Shown in pieces: positions 18,909 through 27,930 of a stretch of DNA of 64,000 bases (position 1 is the stretch's first letter; each line of letters starts with the position of its first letter). The DNA is from an uncultured Actinomycetota bacterium (GTDB lineage Bacteria > Actinomycetota > Humimicrobiia > Humimicrobiales > Humimicrobiaceae): assembly GCA_964415365.1 (NCBI GenBank), contig CAYPYW010000005.1:14579-78578 (forward strand), read 5' to 3'. The notes beneath the pieces are model-generated. The model searched no databases and was not told the DNA's origin. It saw only the letters and a program-made list of their open reading frames with translations. A program made the position numbers and the translations under genes.

Positions 18909-20192
18909 ATGTATACTGGTACATCCAATCAAAAATATAATAGCTGGAGAAGAAAAATTTTCTGGCTGGTTTGGGTTAACTACGCTGCATTTTACTTGGT
19001 TCGTGTGAATATTTCTGTGGCGATCCCCAGAATGATTGAAGAATATGGTATTTCCAAAACACTTATGGGAAGTGTATTGACTGTATTTTTTATAGCATAC
19101 GCAGTAGGGCATTTCATAAATGGCCAGCTTGGCGATAAACTTGGGGGAAGAAAATTGATAGCAATCGGCCTTATAATTTCTGCCATTATTAATATTATCT
19201 TTGGTTTTATGGCTGGAAATATAGCTCTGATGATACTATTGTGGGGTTTAAATGGGTATTTTCAATCTATGGGGTGGGCACCATCGGTAAAAACCATTGC
19301 AAACTGGTTTACACTGAAGGACAGACCCAGAAAAGCAGGTCTTCTGGGTACCTCATATCAATTGGGGCATGCTATTTCCCTTACATTAGCTGGTTTTCTA
19401 GTAAGTGTATTAAACTGGAGGTGGATTTTCTGGATTCCTGGGATAGTCTGTATCGCTTTAGCGTTTAACTGGCTAATAAAGGGAAGGGATGCTCCGGAAG
19501 AAATAGGGTTACCTACAGTGGAGGAGGATTATGACGGCAAGAGGGAATCTAAAATAAATAGTGACAACCATGTTGGATTTAGATTCACTCTCAAGAAAGT
19601 CCTTTTGAATAAAGGAATTTGGATAATTGCAATCAGTATGTTTTTCCTGGACTTTATAAGAACAGGATTCATGTTCTGGGCGATAACATTTCTATTTGAG
19701 GTACAAAAAACCACTGTATCTATAGCTACTTATAATATAATAATAATCCCTGTTTCGGGTAGTGTTGGCACATTACTTCTATCATGGCTGGCAAATAAAT
19801 ATTTAAAGGAAAGAAGTGTAAGGATTATACCGGCAATGCTTTTTCTATTGGTTATAGTTTGTTGGTTTTTTCTGAAGGTATCAGAAAATAACTGGGTATT
19901 AAGTATAATCTTACTGGTTCTGATTGGTTTCCTACTATATGGCCCCCATGTACTGATGACTACTTTCTTTCCTATGGAATATGCTTCGAGGAAAGCGGCA
20001 GCATCTGCAGCAGGATTTATCAGTGGATGGGCATATGTCGGATCTGCTATTTCCAGTTTCTTATCTGGTTTGTTTGCAGATAATTTTGGTTGGAACGTCG
20101 TATTTTATTTATGGCTTGCCGGAGGTCTCATGGCTTCTATACTGATGACGAGCCTCTGGAATTATAAGCCTGTAAGAGGAAAGTATCATTAA
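18909..20192 (+). CDS. glpT: Glycerol-3-phosphate transporter, MFS organophosphate:Pi antiporter family (GlpT-like)
   Basis: N-terminal region YNSWRRKIFWLVWVNYAAFYLVRVNISVAIP...GSVLTVFFIAYAVGHFINGQLGDKLGGRKL parallels the GlpT/UhpT N-terminus. 12 TM. GWAPSVKTIANWF matches the OPA family motif. Confidence 0.8.
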   Translation: MYTGTSNQKYNSWRRKIFWLVWVNYAAFYLVRVNISVAIPRMIEEYGISKTLMGSVLTVFFIAYAVGHFINGQLGDKLGGRKLIAIGLIISAIINIIFGFMAGNIALMILLWGLNGYFQSMGWAPSVKTIANWFTLKDRPRKAGLLGTSYQLGHAISLTLAGFLVSVLNWRWIFWIPGIVCIALAFNWLIKGRDAPEEIGLPTVEEDYDGKRESKINSDNHVGFRFTLKKVLLNKGIWIIAISMFFLDFIRTGFMFWAITFLFEVQKTTVSIATYNIIIIPVSGSVGTLLLSWLANKYLKERSVRIIPAMLFLLVIVCWFFLKVSENNWVLSIILLVLIGFLLYGPHVLMTTFFPMEYASRKAAASAAGFISGWAYVGSAISSFLSGLFADNFGWNVVFYLWLAGGLMASILMTSLWNYKPVRGKYH

Positions 20193-20295
20193 TACACTGT
20201 TATAACTTATGCTTTTTTAAAATACATCGCGTCCAGCTGTCTGGGTTTCTCCCGGAAAGTTATTTTATTAGGAAGTATTTTAGTATATAATTCAT

Positions 20296-20308
20296 TTTAC
20301 ACGTGTAA
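20296..20308. promoter_or_regulatory. Second copy of palindrome TTTACACGTGTAA (12-bp core TTACACGTGTAA perfect) upstream of glpA-like gene
   Basis: Embedded in a ~63-bp segment (20257-20319) about 85% identical to 18711-18773, including TAGTATATAATT. Confidence 0.6.
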
Positions 20309-20380
20309 GCTAATTTATGTTATCAAACATGAGTTCTAATAAATAGTTAATTAAACTTTGTAAGGAAAGATAGAAGAATT

Positions 20381-21817
20381 GTGAGAACAGACGTAGTGGT
20401 AATAGGAGCAGGAATCATAGGGTGCGGGATAGCCCGAGAGTTGTCACGGTATCAATTAAAGGTAGCACTGGTTGATAAGGAAAGCGATATATGCCGGGGT
20501 ACAAGCAGGGCGAATAATGGAATGATTCACTCTGGGAACAATCCGCAGCCGGGTACTCTAAAAGCTAAGCATAATGTCGCTGGAAACCAGCTTTACTCGG
20601 AATGGGCAAAAGAACTGAAATTCCCTTTCGAGCGAATCGGAGCATGGATGACTGCACGGAACAAAGATCAAATCGAGTCGCTTGAAGAATTGATGGAAAA
20701 AGGCGCAAAGAACGGCGTGTCAGATTTAGAGTTGATCACAGACCAGAAACGGCTCAAAGATGAAGAACCTAACCTGATGGGTATTATTGCAGCTGTTAAT
20801 GCACCAACGACTGGTATGGTAATGCCACATCTGGTAGTAGTGGCCCTTGCTGAAAATGCTGTTACGAATGGTGTCGAACTTATACTTGATACTAAAGTCA
20901 CCGGAATAGATATTGAAACAGGTCAGGTGAAGGTGATCAGAACAGATAAGGGTAATATCGAAACACGGGCAGTAGTCAATGCTGCAGGTTTGTACGCAGA
21001 TAGTGTTGCAAATTTTGCCGGGCTTGACAGCTTTAAAATAATGCCAAGAAAAGGCCAGTATATTGTATTAGATAAAGACTGTTGTCCGGTAAACAGGCTT
21101 ATCTATCCGGCACCTACAAAAACATCAAAAGGTATAGGAATACTTCCCACTACCGATGGGAATCTGTTACTGGGACCTAATGCTGAAGATATAGAAGATA
21201 AAGAGGATTTATCCACAACAGCAGAAGGAATAAGGTATATTCTAGAGCAGACAAAACTGATTTGTCCATCAATTGATGAAAGTAAAATTATCAACAATTT
21301 TGCTGGCATTAGAGCGGTAGCTGATACTGATGATTTTATTCTTGGGCCAACAGAAATAAAAGGATTCTTTCAAGCCGCAGGAATCCAGTCTCCAGGGTTA
21401 ACTTCTGCGCCATCAATAGCGAAAGAACTGGCAGGAAGTATATCCAAATACCTGAAAGTCCAAGAAAAAAAAGATTTCAAGGCTGAAAATGAGTATAAAC
21501 CGAGATTTGCCAGGGCAAGTCTTGATGAAAAAAAACAGCTAGTACACAAAGATAAAAGGTATGGCCGGATAGTGTGCCGCTGTGAAGAAGTTACAGAATA
21601 CGAGGTGATACAAGCGATACACTCAGTTATTCCGGTAAGGACACTTGATGCACTTAAAACACGGTTGAGGGTGGGAATGGGCAGGTGCCAGGGGGGATTC
21701 TGTACCTCAAGGCTGTTAGAAATATTGGGGCGAGAGCTGAATATACCTGTTGAAAATTTAACAATAAGGGGATCTGGTTCGGAAATTCTGGCATCAAAGT
21801 TACGTAAAGGAGAGTAA
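20381..21817 (+). CDS. glpA: FAD-dependent glycerol-3-phosphate dehydrogenase, GlpA-like, with C-terminal BFD-like [2Fe-2S] domain
   Basis: N-terminal FAD fold VVVIGAGIIGCGIAREL. DAO-family body. C-terminal CRCEEV...GRCQGGFC (BFD-like Cys pattern). GTG start. Confidence 0.8.
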   Translation: MRTDVVVIGAGIIGCGIARELSRYQLKVALVDKESDICRGTSRANNGMIHSGNNPQPGTLKAKHNVAGNQLYSEWAKELKFPFERIGAWMTARNKDQIESLEELMEKGAKNGVSDLELITDQKRLKDEEPNLMGIIAAVNAPTTGMVMPHLVVVALAENAVTNGVELILDTKVTGIDIETGQVKVIRTDKGNIETRAVVNAAGLYADSVANFAGLDSFKIMPRKGQYIVLDKDCCPVNRLIYPAPTKTSKGIGILPTTDGNLLLGPNAEDIEDKEDLSTTAEGIRYILEQTKLICPSIDESKIINNFAGIRAVADTDDFILGPTEIKGFFQAAGIQSPGLTSAPSIAKELAGSISKYLKVQEKKDFKAENEYKPRFARASLDEKKQLVHKDKRYGRIVCRCEEVTEYEVIQAIHSVIPVRTLDALKTRLRVGMGRCQGGFCTSRLLEILGRELNIPVENLTIRGSGSEILASKLRKGE

Positions 21818-21819
21818 GT

Positions 21820-23073
21820 ATGGGTCAGGAAGTAGAAGCGGTGGTTATTGGAGCAGGCGCAGCAGGACTGGCTGCAGCAGTGGCACTAAAAGATAGCAGC
21901 ATAGACGACGTGCTAGTAGTGGAACGGGATGATTACCTCGGCGGGATTCTTATGCAGTGTATTCACAACGGTTTCGGCTTGCATATATTTAGAGAAGAAC
22001 TGACTGGGCCGGAATATGCCATTCGCTATATAAATCTGGCAAAAGAACGGCAGGTCGAGTTTATTACAGGCACTACAGCAATTGACCTGAAAGATCTAGG
22101 CGATAAAAAATCCGTAACACTTCTTTCACCAGTTAAAGGATTGGTTGAAGTAAAAACCAAGGTCGTGATTTTAGCTATGGGATGCCGTGAACGAACACGG
22201 GGTAATATAGGCATACCCGGAACGAGACCTGCTGGAGTGATGACAGCAGGTCTCGCCCAACGGCTTATGAATATAGAAGGCTATATGCCGGGTAGGGAAA
22301 TCGTTGTTCAGGGTTCAGGAGATATAGGCCTGATCATGGCTCGACGCCTGACATGGGAGGGGGCGAATGTAAAGGCTGTTGTTGAAATTATGCCTTATCC
22401 GGGTGGACTTAATCGTAATATTGTCCAGTGCCTTAATGATTTTAATATCCCGTTATATCTGGCACATATGATAACTAATATCAAGGGTAAAAGTAGGATC
22501 GAGCAGGTTGATGTCGTTCCTCTGCATGACAATGGGAAGCCGGATATGAGAAGACAATTCTCCTTAAGCTGTGATACATTACTATTGTCTGTAGGACTGA
22601 TACCCGAGAATGAATTGGCATCTCAGGCAGGCATTGAGATCGATAAATCGACGAATGGTGCAAAAGTTGACTCAAACTTTATGACTTCAATGCAAGGAGT
22701 ATTTTCATGTGGAAATGTGTTGCATGTTCATGATCTGGTTGATTTTGTATCAGAAGAAGCTGGGAACGCAGCCACTGCAGCCGCTGCATATATTAGAAAT
22801 AAAACCAAGACAATGAAATCTGTAAAAGTTAAAAGAGGAAATATGGTACGTTATGTTCTGCCTGCGGAAGTATTTGTAGGAAGTGACGCTGTTTTATCGC
22901 TAAGGGTAACGGAACCTAAAGAAAATGTGGGACTAAAGATAAGATCCGGTAGGGAATGCTTCTATTCCAAATTTTTTAGAAAGGTGGTACCGAGTGAAAT
23001 GGTAAGGTTTGCATGGCGAAATGTGCCTGATAAATGTGATGAGGTTGAAATAACCATGGAGGTTATGAAATAG
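21820..23073 (+). CDS. NAD(P)/FAD-dependent oxidoreductase (pyridine nucleotide-disulfide type) partner of GlpA-like enzyme
   Basis: VVIGAGAAGLAAA dinucleotide motif and a second GSGDIGLIMA Rossmann motif. Lies in the usual clostridial GlpA / oxidoreductase / DUF1667 triad. Confidence 0.75.
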   Translation: MGQEVEAVVIGAGAAGLAAAVALKDSSIDDVLVVERDDYLGGILMQCIHNGFGLHIFREELTGPEYAIRYINLAKERQVEFITGTTAIDLKDLGDKKSVTLLSPVKGLVEVKTKVVILAMGCRERTRGNIGIPGTRPAGVMTAGLAQRLMNIEGYMPGREIVVQGSGDIGLIMARRLTWEGANVKAVVEIMPYPGGLNRNIVQCLNDFNIPLYLAHMITNIKGKSRIEQVDVVPLHDNGKPDMRRQFSLSCDTLLLSVGLIPENELASQAGIEIDKSTNGAKVDSNFMTSMQGVFSCGNVLHVHDLVDFVSEEAGNAATAAAAYIRNKTKTMKSVKVKRGNMVRYVLPAEVFVGSDAVLSLRVTEPKENVGLKIRSGRECFYSKFFRKVVPSEMVRFAWRNVPDKCDEVEITMEVMK

Positions 23074-23456
23074 TGAGGAAAACCTTAATATGCGTCGTAT
23101 GTCCTTTAGGGTGTAATATAGAAGTCGAATACAATAACAAAAACAAGAGCCTGGTCAGTGTCTTACATAACCGGTGTGAAAAGGGTCGGGATTACTCCGA
23201 AAAGGAGCTGTTTAACCCTGAAAGAATAGTGACGACGACTGTGCGGGTTTGTGGTATATCAGAAAAATTAGTGTCAGCAAAAACAGCAAAGCCGGTGCCT
23301 AAAGAATTGACTTTCAAAGTTGTAAGGGAGGCTTCGAAAAAGAGGCTTAAAGCCCCTGTAAAGGTTGGTGATATAATTATAGAAAATATATGTGGTACAG
23401 GTATTGACTTGATAACAACAAACTCCGTCGATTTTAAAGAAACCGGGCTTGTTTAA
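23073..23456 (+). CDS. DUF1667-type small Cys-containing protein (third component of the GlpA-like triad)
   Basis: 127-aa protein with N-terminal CVVCPLGCNIEV, as in DUF1667 proteins that follow these oxidoreductase pairs. Its start overlaps the preceding stop. Confidence 0.7.
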   Translation: MRKTLICVVCPLGCNIEVEYNNKNKSLVSVLHNRCEKGRDYSEKELFNPERIVTTTVRVCGISEKLVSAKTAKPVPKELTFKVVREASKKRLKAPVKVGDIIIENICGTGIDLITTNSVDFKETGLV

Positions 23457-23583
23457 AGTAAGGATTCCGCGGTCCTTACGAGATTCGTTAGTATTTAATC
23501 GGAAGTTAAAAACTATTCTAAACAAAAAAATCAATAGATTAGATTAAAAAATAACTTTACATCATAAAAATTAAATGTTAAGA

Positions 23584-23610
23584 TTTACACGAGTAGCTTC
23601 TTGTGTAACT
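23584..23610 (+). promoter_or_regulatory. Promoter-like element TTTACA-CGAGTAGCTTCTTGTG-TAACTA with split inverted repeat TTACAC...GTGTAA, upstream of the GlcD-like oxidase gene
   Basis: The half-sites of the glp palindrome are separated by an 11-nt spacer containing GAGTAGCT. About 110 bp upstream of ATG 23720. Confidence 0.45.
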
Positions 23611-23719
23611 ATTTGACCAGAATATTATAAGTTCAAATTGAAGAAGTTAAACGCAGTTTTATTTCTCATGAAGTAAATGAGTTTAGTATATAGATATAAC
23701 CTTGAAAAAGGAAGTGTAA

Positions 23720-25186
23720 ATGCGGAAAAATGCAGTAAATTCTGCTGGAACTATTAAAGATAAATTAAGGAGAATTTTTGGGGAAGAAAATGTTATAGAG
23801 GACCAATCTGAAATGGACTGTCAGAAAGTAGATGTCTGGTGGATTACTCGCTACAGGATGTTTCAGGCCAGGGATATTCCCCAACCTTTTGCGATAGTTT
23901 TCCCTTTAAATAAGGAACAAATAGTAGAATTAGTAAAATTGTGCAATTTACACGGAATACCTTTAGTTCCAAGAGGAGGAGGTGCGGGAGATTCCGGAGG
24001 GTCTACAGCGGTCAGGGGTGGAATAACAGTAGACACAAAAAAAATGGATAAAGTTCTAAAAATTAATGATAAGTCCTTAACAGTTCTTGTTCAACCAGGT
24101 ATACTGCAAAAACACCTTGAAGAGTACCTTAATCGTCACGGTTTTACAATGAATCATTTTCCAGCCTCTTTTCATACTTCTACTCTGGGTGGATTCATAA
24201 GCACTAACGGCACTGGAATTCTTTCCTCGAAATACGGAAAACTTATAGATCTGGTTCACCAGCTTGAGGTTGTTTTACCAAACGGTAAAATATTTAAGAG
24301 CTTGCCAGTGAACCACCATTCTACAGGCCCGGATTTTTCTAAATTGTTTATAGGAGCAGAGGGTACTCTTGGGATTATTACAGAGGTTCTGTGCAAAATA
24401 TATCCCCTGCCTGAGAAAAGGGTTTTCTTACCCTTTCTCCTGCCAAATCTAAGAGATGGTGTCGAAACAGGTAGGAAAATAATGGAAAATGGGCTTCTTC
24501 CAAGTGTTATGAGATTTTATGATGAGAAGGATACAATTCATATTCTTAAGAATCAATATGAGATGGAAGGAGAAGGGTGTTTCTTTATGGTTGGATTTGA
24601 TGGGTTGAAGGATGATGTTGACATTAGATCCAGACTGGCATCTGAAATTATTGAAAAAATAGAAGGTAAGAAATTGAGTGACAAGCAGGCATGGAGTTGG
24701 TGGAAAAACCGGCTTAGATCCTATTATCCTCCGCTTGATTATATTTGCGAGCCATGGATGACAGCAGTAATTGACACAATCGCGCCGTATGAAGATATTG
24801 AAAATATATACTGGGCTATGAGATCAGCCGTAGAGGATGGTTTCAAAAAATACGGAGCAATATTTCATGCCCATTTTTCTCACTGGTATGATTGGGGAAC
24901 CAGCATATATCCAACCTTTGTAGTCAAAGACTTTCCAATAAACTATAAAAAAGCGATTGAGTTATATGAAGATATAATAGATGCTTGTATAATGGCTGCG
25001 ATTAAAAATGGCGGTGTTGTAAACGAGCACCATGCCATAGGGATAAGGCTGGGCAGTTATATGAAAGAGTGTTATGGTGAAGAAAGCTTTGAACTCTTTA
25101 GAACAATTAAGAAGAGTCTAGATCCTAACAATATAATGAATCCTGGTAAACTCGGGCTGGAGGATACAGCAAACAATGATTTTTAA
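23720..25186 (+). CDS. FAD-binding (FAD_binding_4/PCMH-type) oxidase, GlcD / D-lactate dehydrogenase-like
   Basis: VVFPLNKEQIVELVKLCNLHGIPLVPRGGGAGDSGG is the FAD-binding domain motif. The C-terminal FAD-oxidase_C-like region HFSHWYDWGTSIYPTFVV is present. Confidence 0.75.
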   Translation: MRKNAVNSAGTIKDKLRRIFGEENVIEDQSEMDCQKVDVWWITRYRMFQARDIPQPFAIVFPLNKEQIVELVKLCNLHGIPLVPRGGGAGDSGGSTAVRGGITVDTKKMDKVLKINDKSLTVLVQPGILQKHLEEYLNRHGFTMNHFPASFHTSTLGGFISTNGTGILSSKYGKLIDLVHQLEVVLPNGKIFKSLPVNHHSTGPDFSKLFIGAEGTLGIITEVLCKIYPLPEKRVFLPFLLPNLRDGVETGRKIMENGLLPSVMRFYDEKDTIHILKNQYEMEGEGCFFMVGFDGLKDDVDIRSRLASEIIEKIEGKKLSDKQAWSWWKNRLRSYYPPLDYICEPWMTAVIDTIAPYEDIENIYWAMRSAVEDGFKKYGAIFHAHFSHWYDWGTSIYPTFVVKDFPINYKKAIELYEDIIDACIMAAIKNGGVVNEHHAIGIRLGSYMKECYGEESFELFRTIKKSLDPNNIMNPGKLGLEDTANNDF

Positions 25187-26306
25187 GAAGGAATCAAAAG
25201 AAAAAGAAATAATAAAGATGTGCAGATTCTGTTTTATGTGCAGGCATGCCTGTCCGGTTTTTCTGTCAACAAAAAGGGATACTGATACGCCCAGAGGCCA
25301 CGCTTTGCTTATCTCAAGAATTGACGAGGGATTGTCAGAATGGACAGATGATATAGTTGATATAATGTACCGGTGTTCCCAGTGTCATCTTTGCAGGGAA
25401 ATTTGTGAATTTCACTGGGGAGAAGATTTATTAATCCAGAAGATAAGGGAAATTATTGTAAAAATTGATAGGGTTCCCCAAAGTATTAAAAAACTTGCAT
25501 CTCATATCATTAATAATGGATCAGTTTATGATACATCTCATGTAAAGAATTTTAAGATTGCTGTTAAAGGAAAAGGCATCGATGTATTGTATTTTGCAGG
25601 TGATATTATTTTGAATGAATACCCTGAGATTGTTGAAAAAACAGCGGTGATATTGGATTCAATGGATATTAATTGGGCTATGCTTGAAAGGGAAACTTCA
25701 ACGGGAATAGAGCTATTTGAGCTTGGTTATATTAATGAAGCAATAACAGCTGCAAAGGAATGTGCAGCTAGGATTATGGAGACAAAACCAGGAATAATTA
25801 TTACCGGAAATCCGCACATATATAGTGCATTTAAGAAATTATATCCCGAGTGGGGTATAAAAACTTTGGATGGTATTAATATTTACCATATTTCTGAATA
25901 TTTAAGCAATAGGGTAAGGGAAGGTAAGTTAAAAATATCGCTGGATTCGGCTCTTCAGGGAGTATCTTATCATGACCCGTGTCAGTTAGGTAGGGAAATG
26001 GAAGTCTATAATGCACCGAGGGAGCTGATAAAAGCAGCAACTGGTAGTATGCCGCTAGAATTATTCCATAGCAAGAGTGAGGCTGAATGTTGTGGGGCAG
26101 GGTCGGTAATGTACCTGACCCATCCTGATGTTTCCAATAGGGTAGCACAAAAAAGAATAAATAGTGCTTTAGAAGAGGATGTCAAAATAATTGTAACTGC
26201 TTGTCCAAACTGTAAAAAAGTTTTTAAAAATACTATTTCAGATATGAATAGTGACTTGAAGGTAATAGATATAGTGGAATTAGTGTCTTTACAGGTTAGT
26301 AAGTAG
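25176..26306 (+). CDS. (Fe-S)-binding protein with 4Fe-4S Cys clusters and CCG domains (GlcF / GlpC-like partner)
   Basis: CRFCFMCRHACP and CSQCHLCREIC ferredoxin-like motifs plus ECCGAGS (CCG motif). Typical partner of GlcD-like FAD oxidases. Confidence 0.7.
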   Translation: MIFKKESKEKEIIKMCRFCFMCRHACPVFLSTKRDTDTPRGHALLISRIDEGLSEWTDDIVDIMYRCSQCHLCREICEFHWGEDLLIQKIREIIVKIDRVPQSIKKLASHIINNGSVYDTSHVKNFKIAVKGKGIDVLYFAGDIILNEYPEIVEKTAVILDSMDINWAMLERETSTGIELFELGYINEAITAAKECAARIMETKPGIIITGNPHIYSAFKKLYPEWGIKTLDGINIYHISEYLSNRVREGKLKISLDSALQGVSYHDPCQLGREMEVYNAPRELIKAATGSMPLELFHSKSEAECCGAGSVMYLTHPDVSNRVAQKRINSALEEDVKIIVTACPNCKKVFKNTISDMNSDLKVIDIVELVSLQVSK

Positions 26307-26389
26307 GTTGATACAATATAAGATAAAAATTACTAAAAAATATCTAATGAATGGGGTGAGGAGTCATTAAAAGGCCAACCAGTAAGGAT

Positions 26390-27355
26390 GTGGCAAGAGT
26401 TGCTGGAGTTTCAAGGGCAACTGTTTCTGCATACATTAATAAGACCCGTTTTGTGTCACCTGAGCTTAGTAAAAAAATTCAAAAGGTAATAGACGAATTA
26501 AATTACACTCCAGACGAGCTGGCAAGATCCCTAAAAATGCAAGATACTAAGACTATCGGACTGATAATTCCCATTTTAAGTAACTTCTTTATGCCTATGT
26601 TGCAGAGTATTAATGAAGTTACCCAAAAACAGGACTATAGTTTTTTGTTGTATTCAAGTGAAGAAGACCCAAAAAGGGAAAGAAAGATGTTGGAAATTTT
26701 TATGTCAAAAAGGATCAGCGGTATCCTTATAGTTCCTTCATCAGAGAGTAATAGAAAATTTATGATGCAGATAATAGAGCAGGGAATACCGTTGGTTCAG
26801 GTTAATAGGAAAATTGTTGGACTGGAAACTGACTATGTTGTATCAAAAAATTTTAGTGGTATCTATAAAGCAACAGAATACCTATTAAAAAAAGGGAGAA
26901 AAAAAATATTGTTTGTTGGATATAATGCCAATGTTTTTGGGGAAGAAGAAAAAAAAGATGGTTATGAAGCAGCAATAAAAGATTATAGAGTCGATAAGTA
27001 TATTATTAATATTAAAGCACACGATCCTAAGAGTATTCTCAACTCATTAAATGAATTCTTTTCATCAGGAGAAAAAATTGATGGAATGATCTGTAATACT
27101 CAAATGCGAACCTCAGTAGCGTTACAATACTTAAAGAACAATTCGTTAAGGATTGCAGATGATGTTTCATTTATAGGTTATGATGACACTTACACATTTT
27201 TATACGAACCACCGCTAACTGTAATATCTGAAAAAACTAGTGAAATGGGGAAGATAGCGGCTATGTTATTGATTGATCGAATAAAGAAGAAGGATAAAAA
27301 GGATATAGAAAGTGTTTTGTTAGACTTAGATTTTATAATACGAGAATCTTGTTGA
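26390..27355 (+). CDS. LacI-family transcriptional regulator
   Basis: HTH region VARVAGVSRATVSAYINK plus periplasmic-binding-fold body. The canonical MKRPTSKDV N-terminus is encoded in-frame upstream (26366-26389) but only an ATT codon is available there. The called GTG 26390 would truncate HTH helix 1. Confidence 0.82.
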   Translation: MARVAGVSRATVSAYINKTRFVSPELSKKIQKVIDELNYTPDELARSLKMQDTKTIGLIIPILSNFFMPMLQSINEVTQKQDYSFLLYSSEEDPKRERKMLEIFMSKRISGILIVPSSESNRKFMMQIIEQGIPLVQVNRKIVGLETDYVVSKNFSGIYKATEYLLKKGRKKILFVGYNANVFGEEEKKDGYEAAIKDYRVDKYIINIKAHDPKSILNSLNEFFSSGEKIDGMICNTQMRTSVALQYLKNNSLRIADDVSFIGYDDTYTFLYEPPLTVISEKTSEMGKIAAMLLIDRIKKKDKKDIESVLLDLDFIIRESC

Positions 27356-27482
27356 ACAGAATAGATTTTCGAATCTTTAGATTTATTTATTAGATCAGGA
27401 AGTTGATTTTTAGAAGACCTCTGTATTTTAAATAATAGGAATAATATTATGTGAACTATATAGGTATTTTACTTAAATTGAC

Positions 27483-27510
27483 TTGACATGAGTAGCTAAT
27501 CGTGTAAAAT
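27483..27510 (+). promoter_or_regulatory. Sigma-70-like promoter TTGACA-N16-TAAAAT carrying the shared motif ACATGAGTAGCTAATCGTGTAA, in the long leader of the sugar SBP gene
   Basis: -35 TTGACA (27483-27488) and -10 TAAAAT (27505-27510). The spacer contains GAGTAGCT and is followed by CGTGTAA, as in the 23584 element. Confidence 0.45.
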
Positions 27511-27930
27511 ACAATAATAGTATCTTATGCCCCAACTATAATTTATTAAATTGAATGGGGTGCAATAGAAATTCTCGTAGGAAAGGATTCTGTAAAATAA
27601 ATTAATCTGTTTTTAATACGGCGGTAATTAAAAATTTGATTACAGCATTATTTTATAAAAACAAGTTTAGTAAATAAAGGTAGAGGATTTTTAAGATATT
27701 TATAAATCTAAATTGGAGGTGAGATCATGTATGGATGACAAAGATTGCTGGTCAAGCAGCAAATTTTAAAAGTAGGAATATAAATTAGAGAAAGGGGATA
27801 GTTATTGAGGAAGAGATATAATAAAGAAGGGATTTGTTAAGAAAACTGCATCGATGAATATCTATAAACAAATCCCAAAGATATACTAATTGTTTTTGTT
27901 GGAAATTTCAAGTGTAGAGGAGAGATCAAA

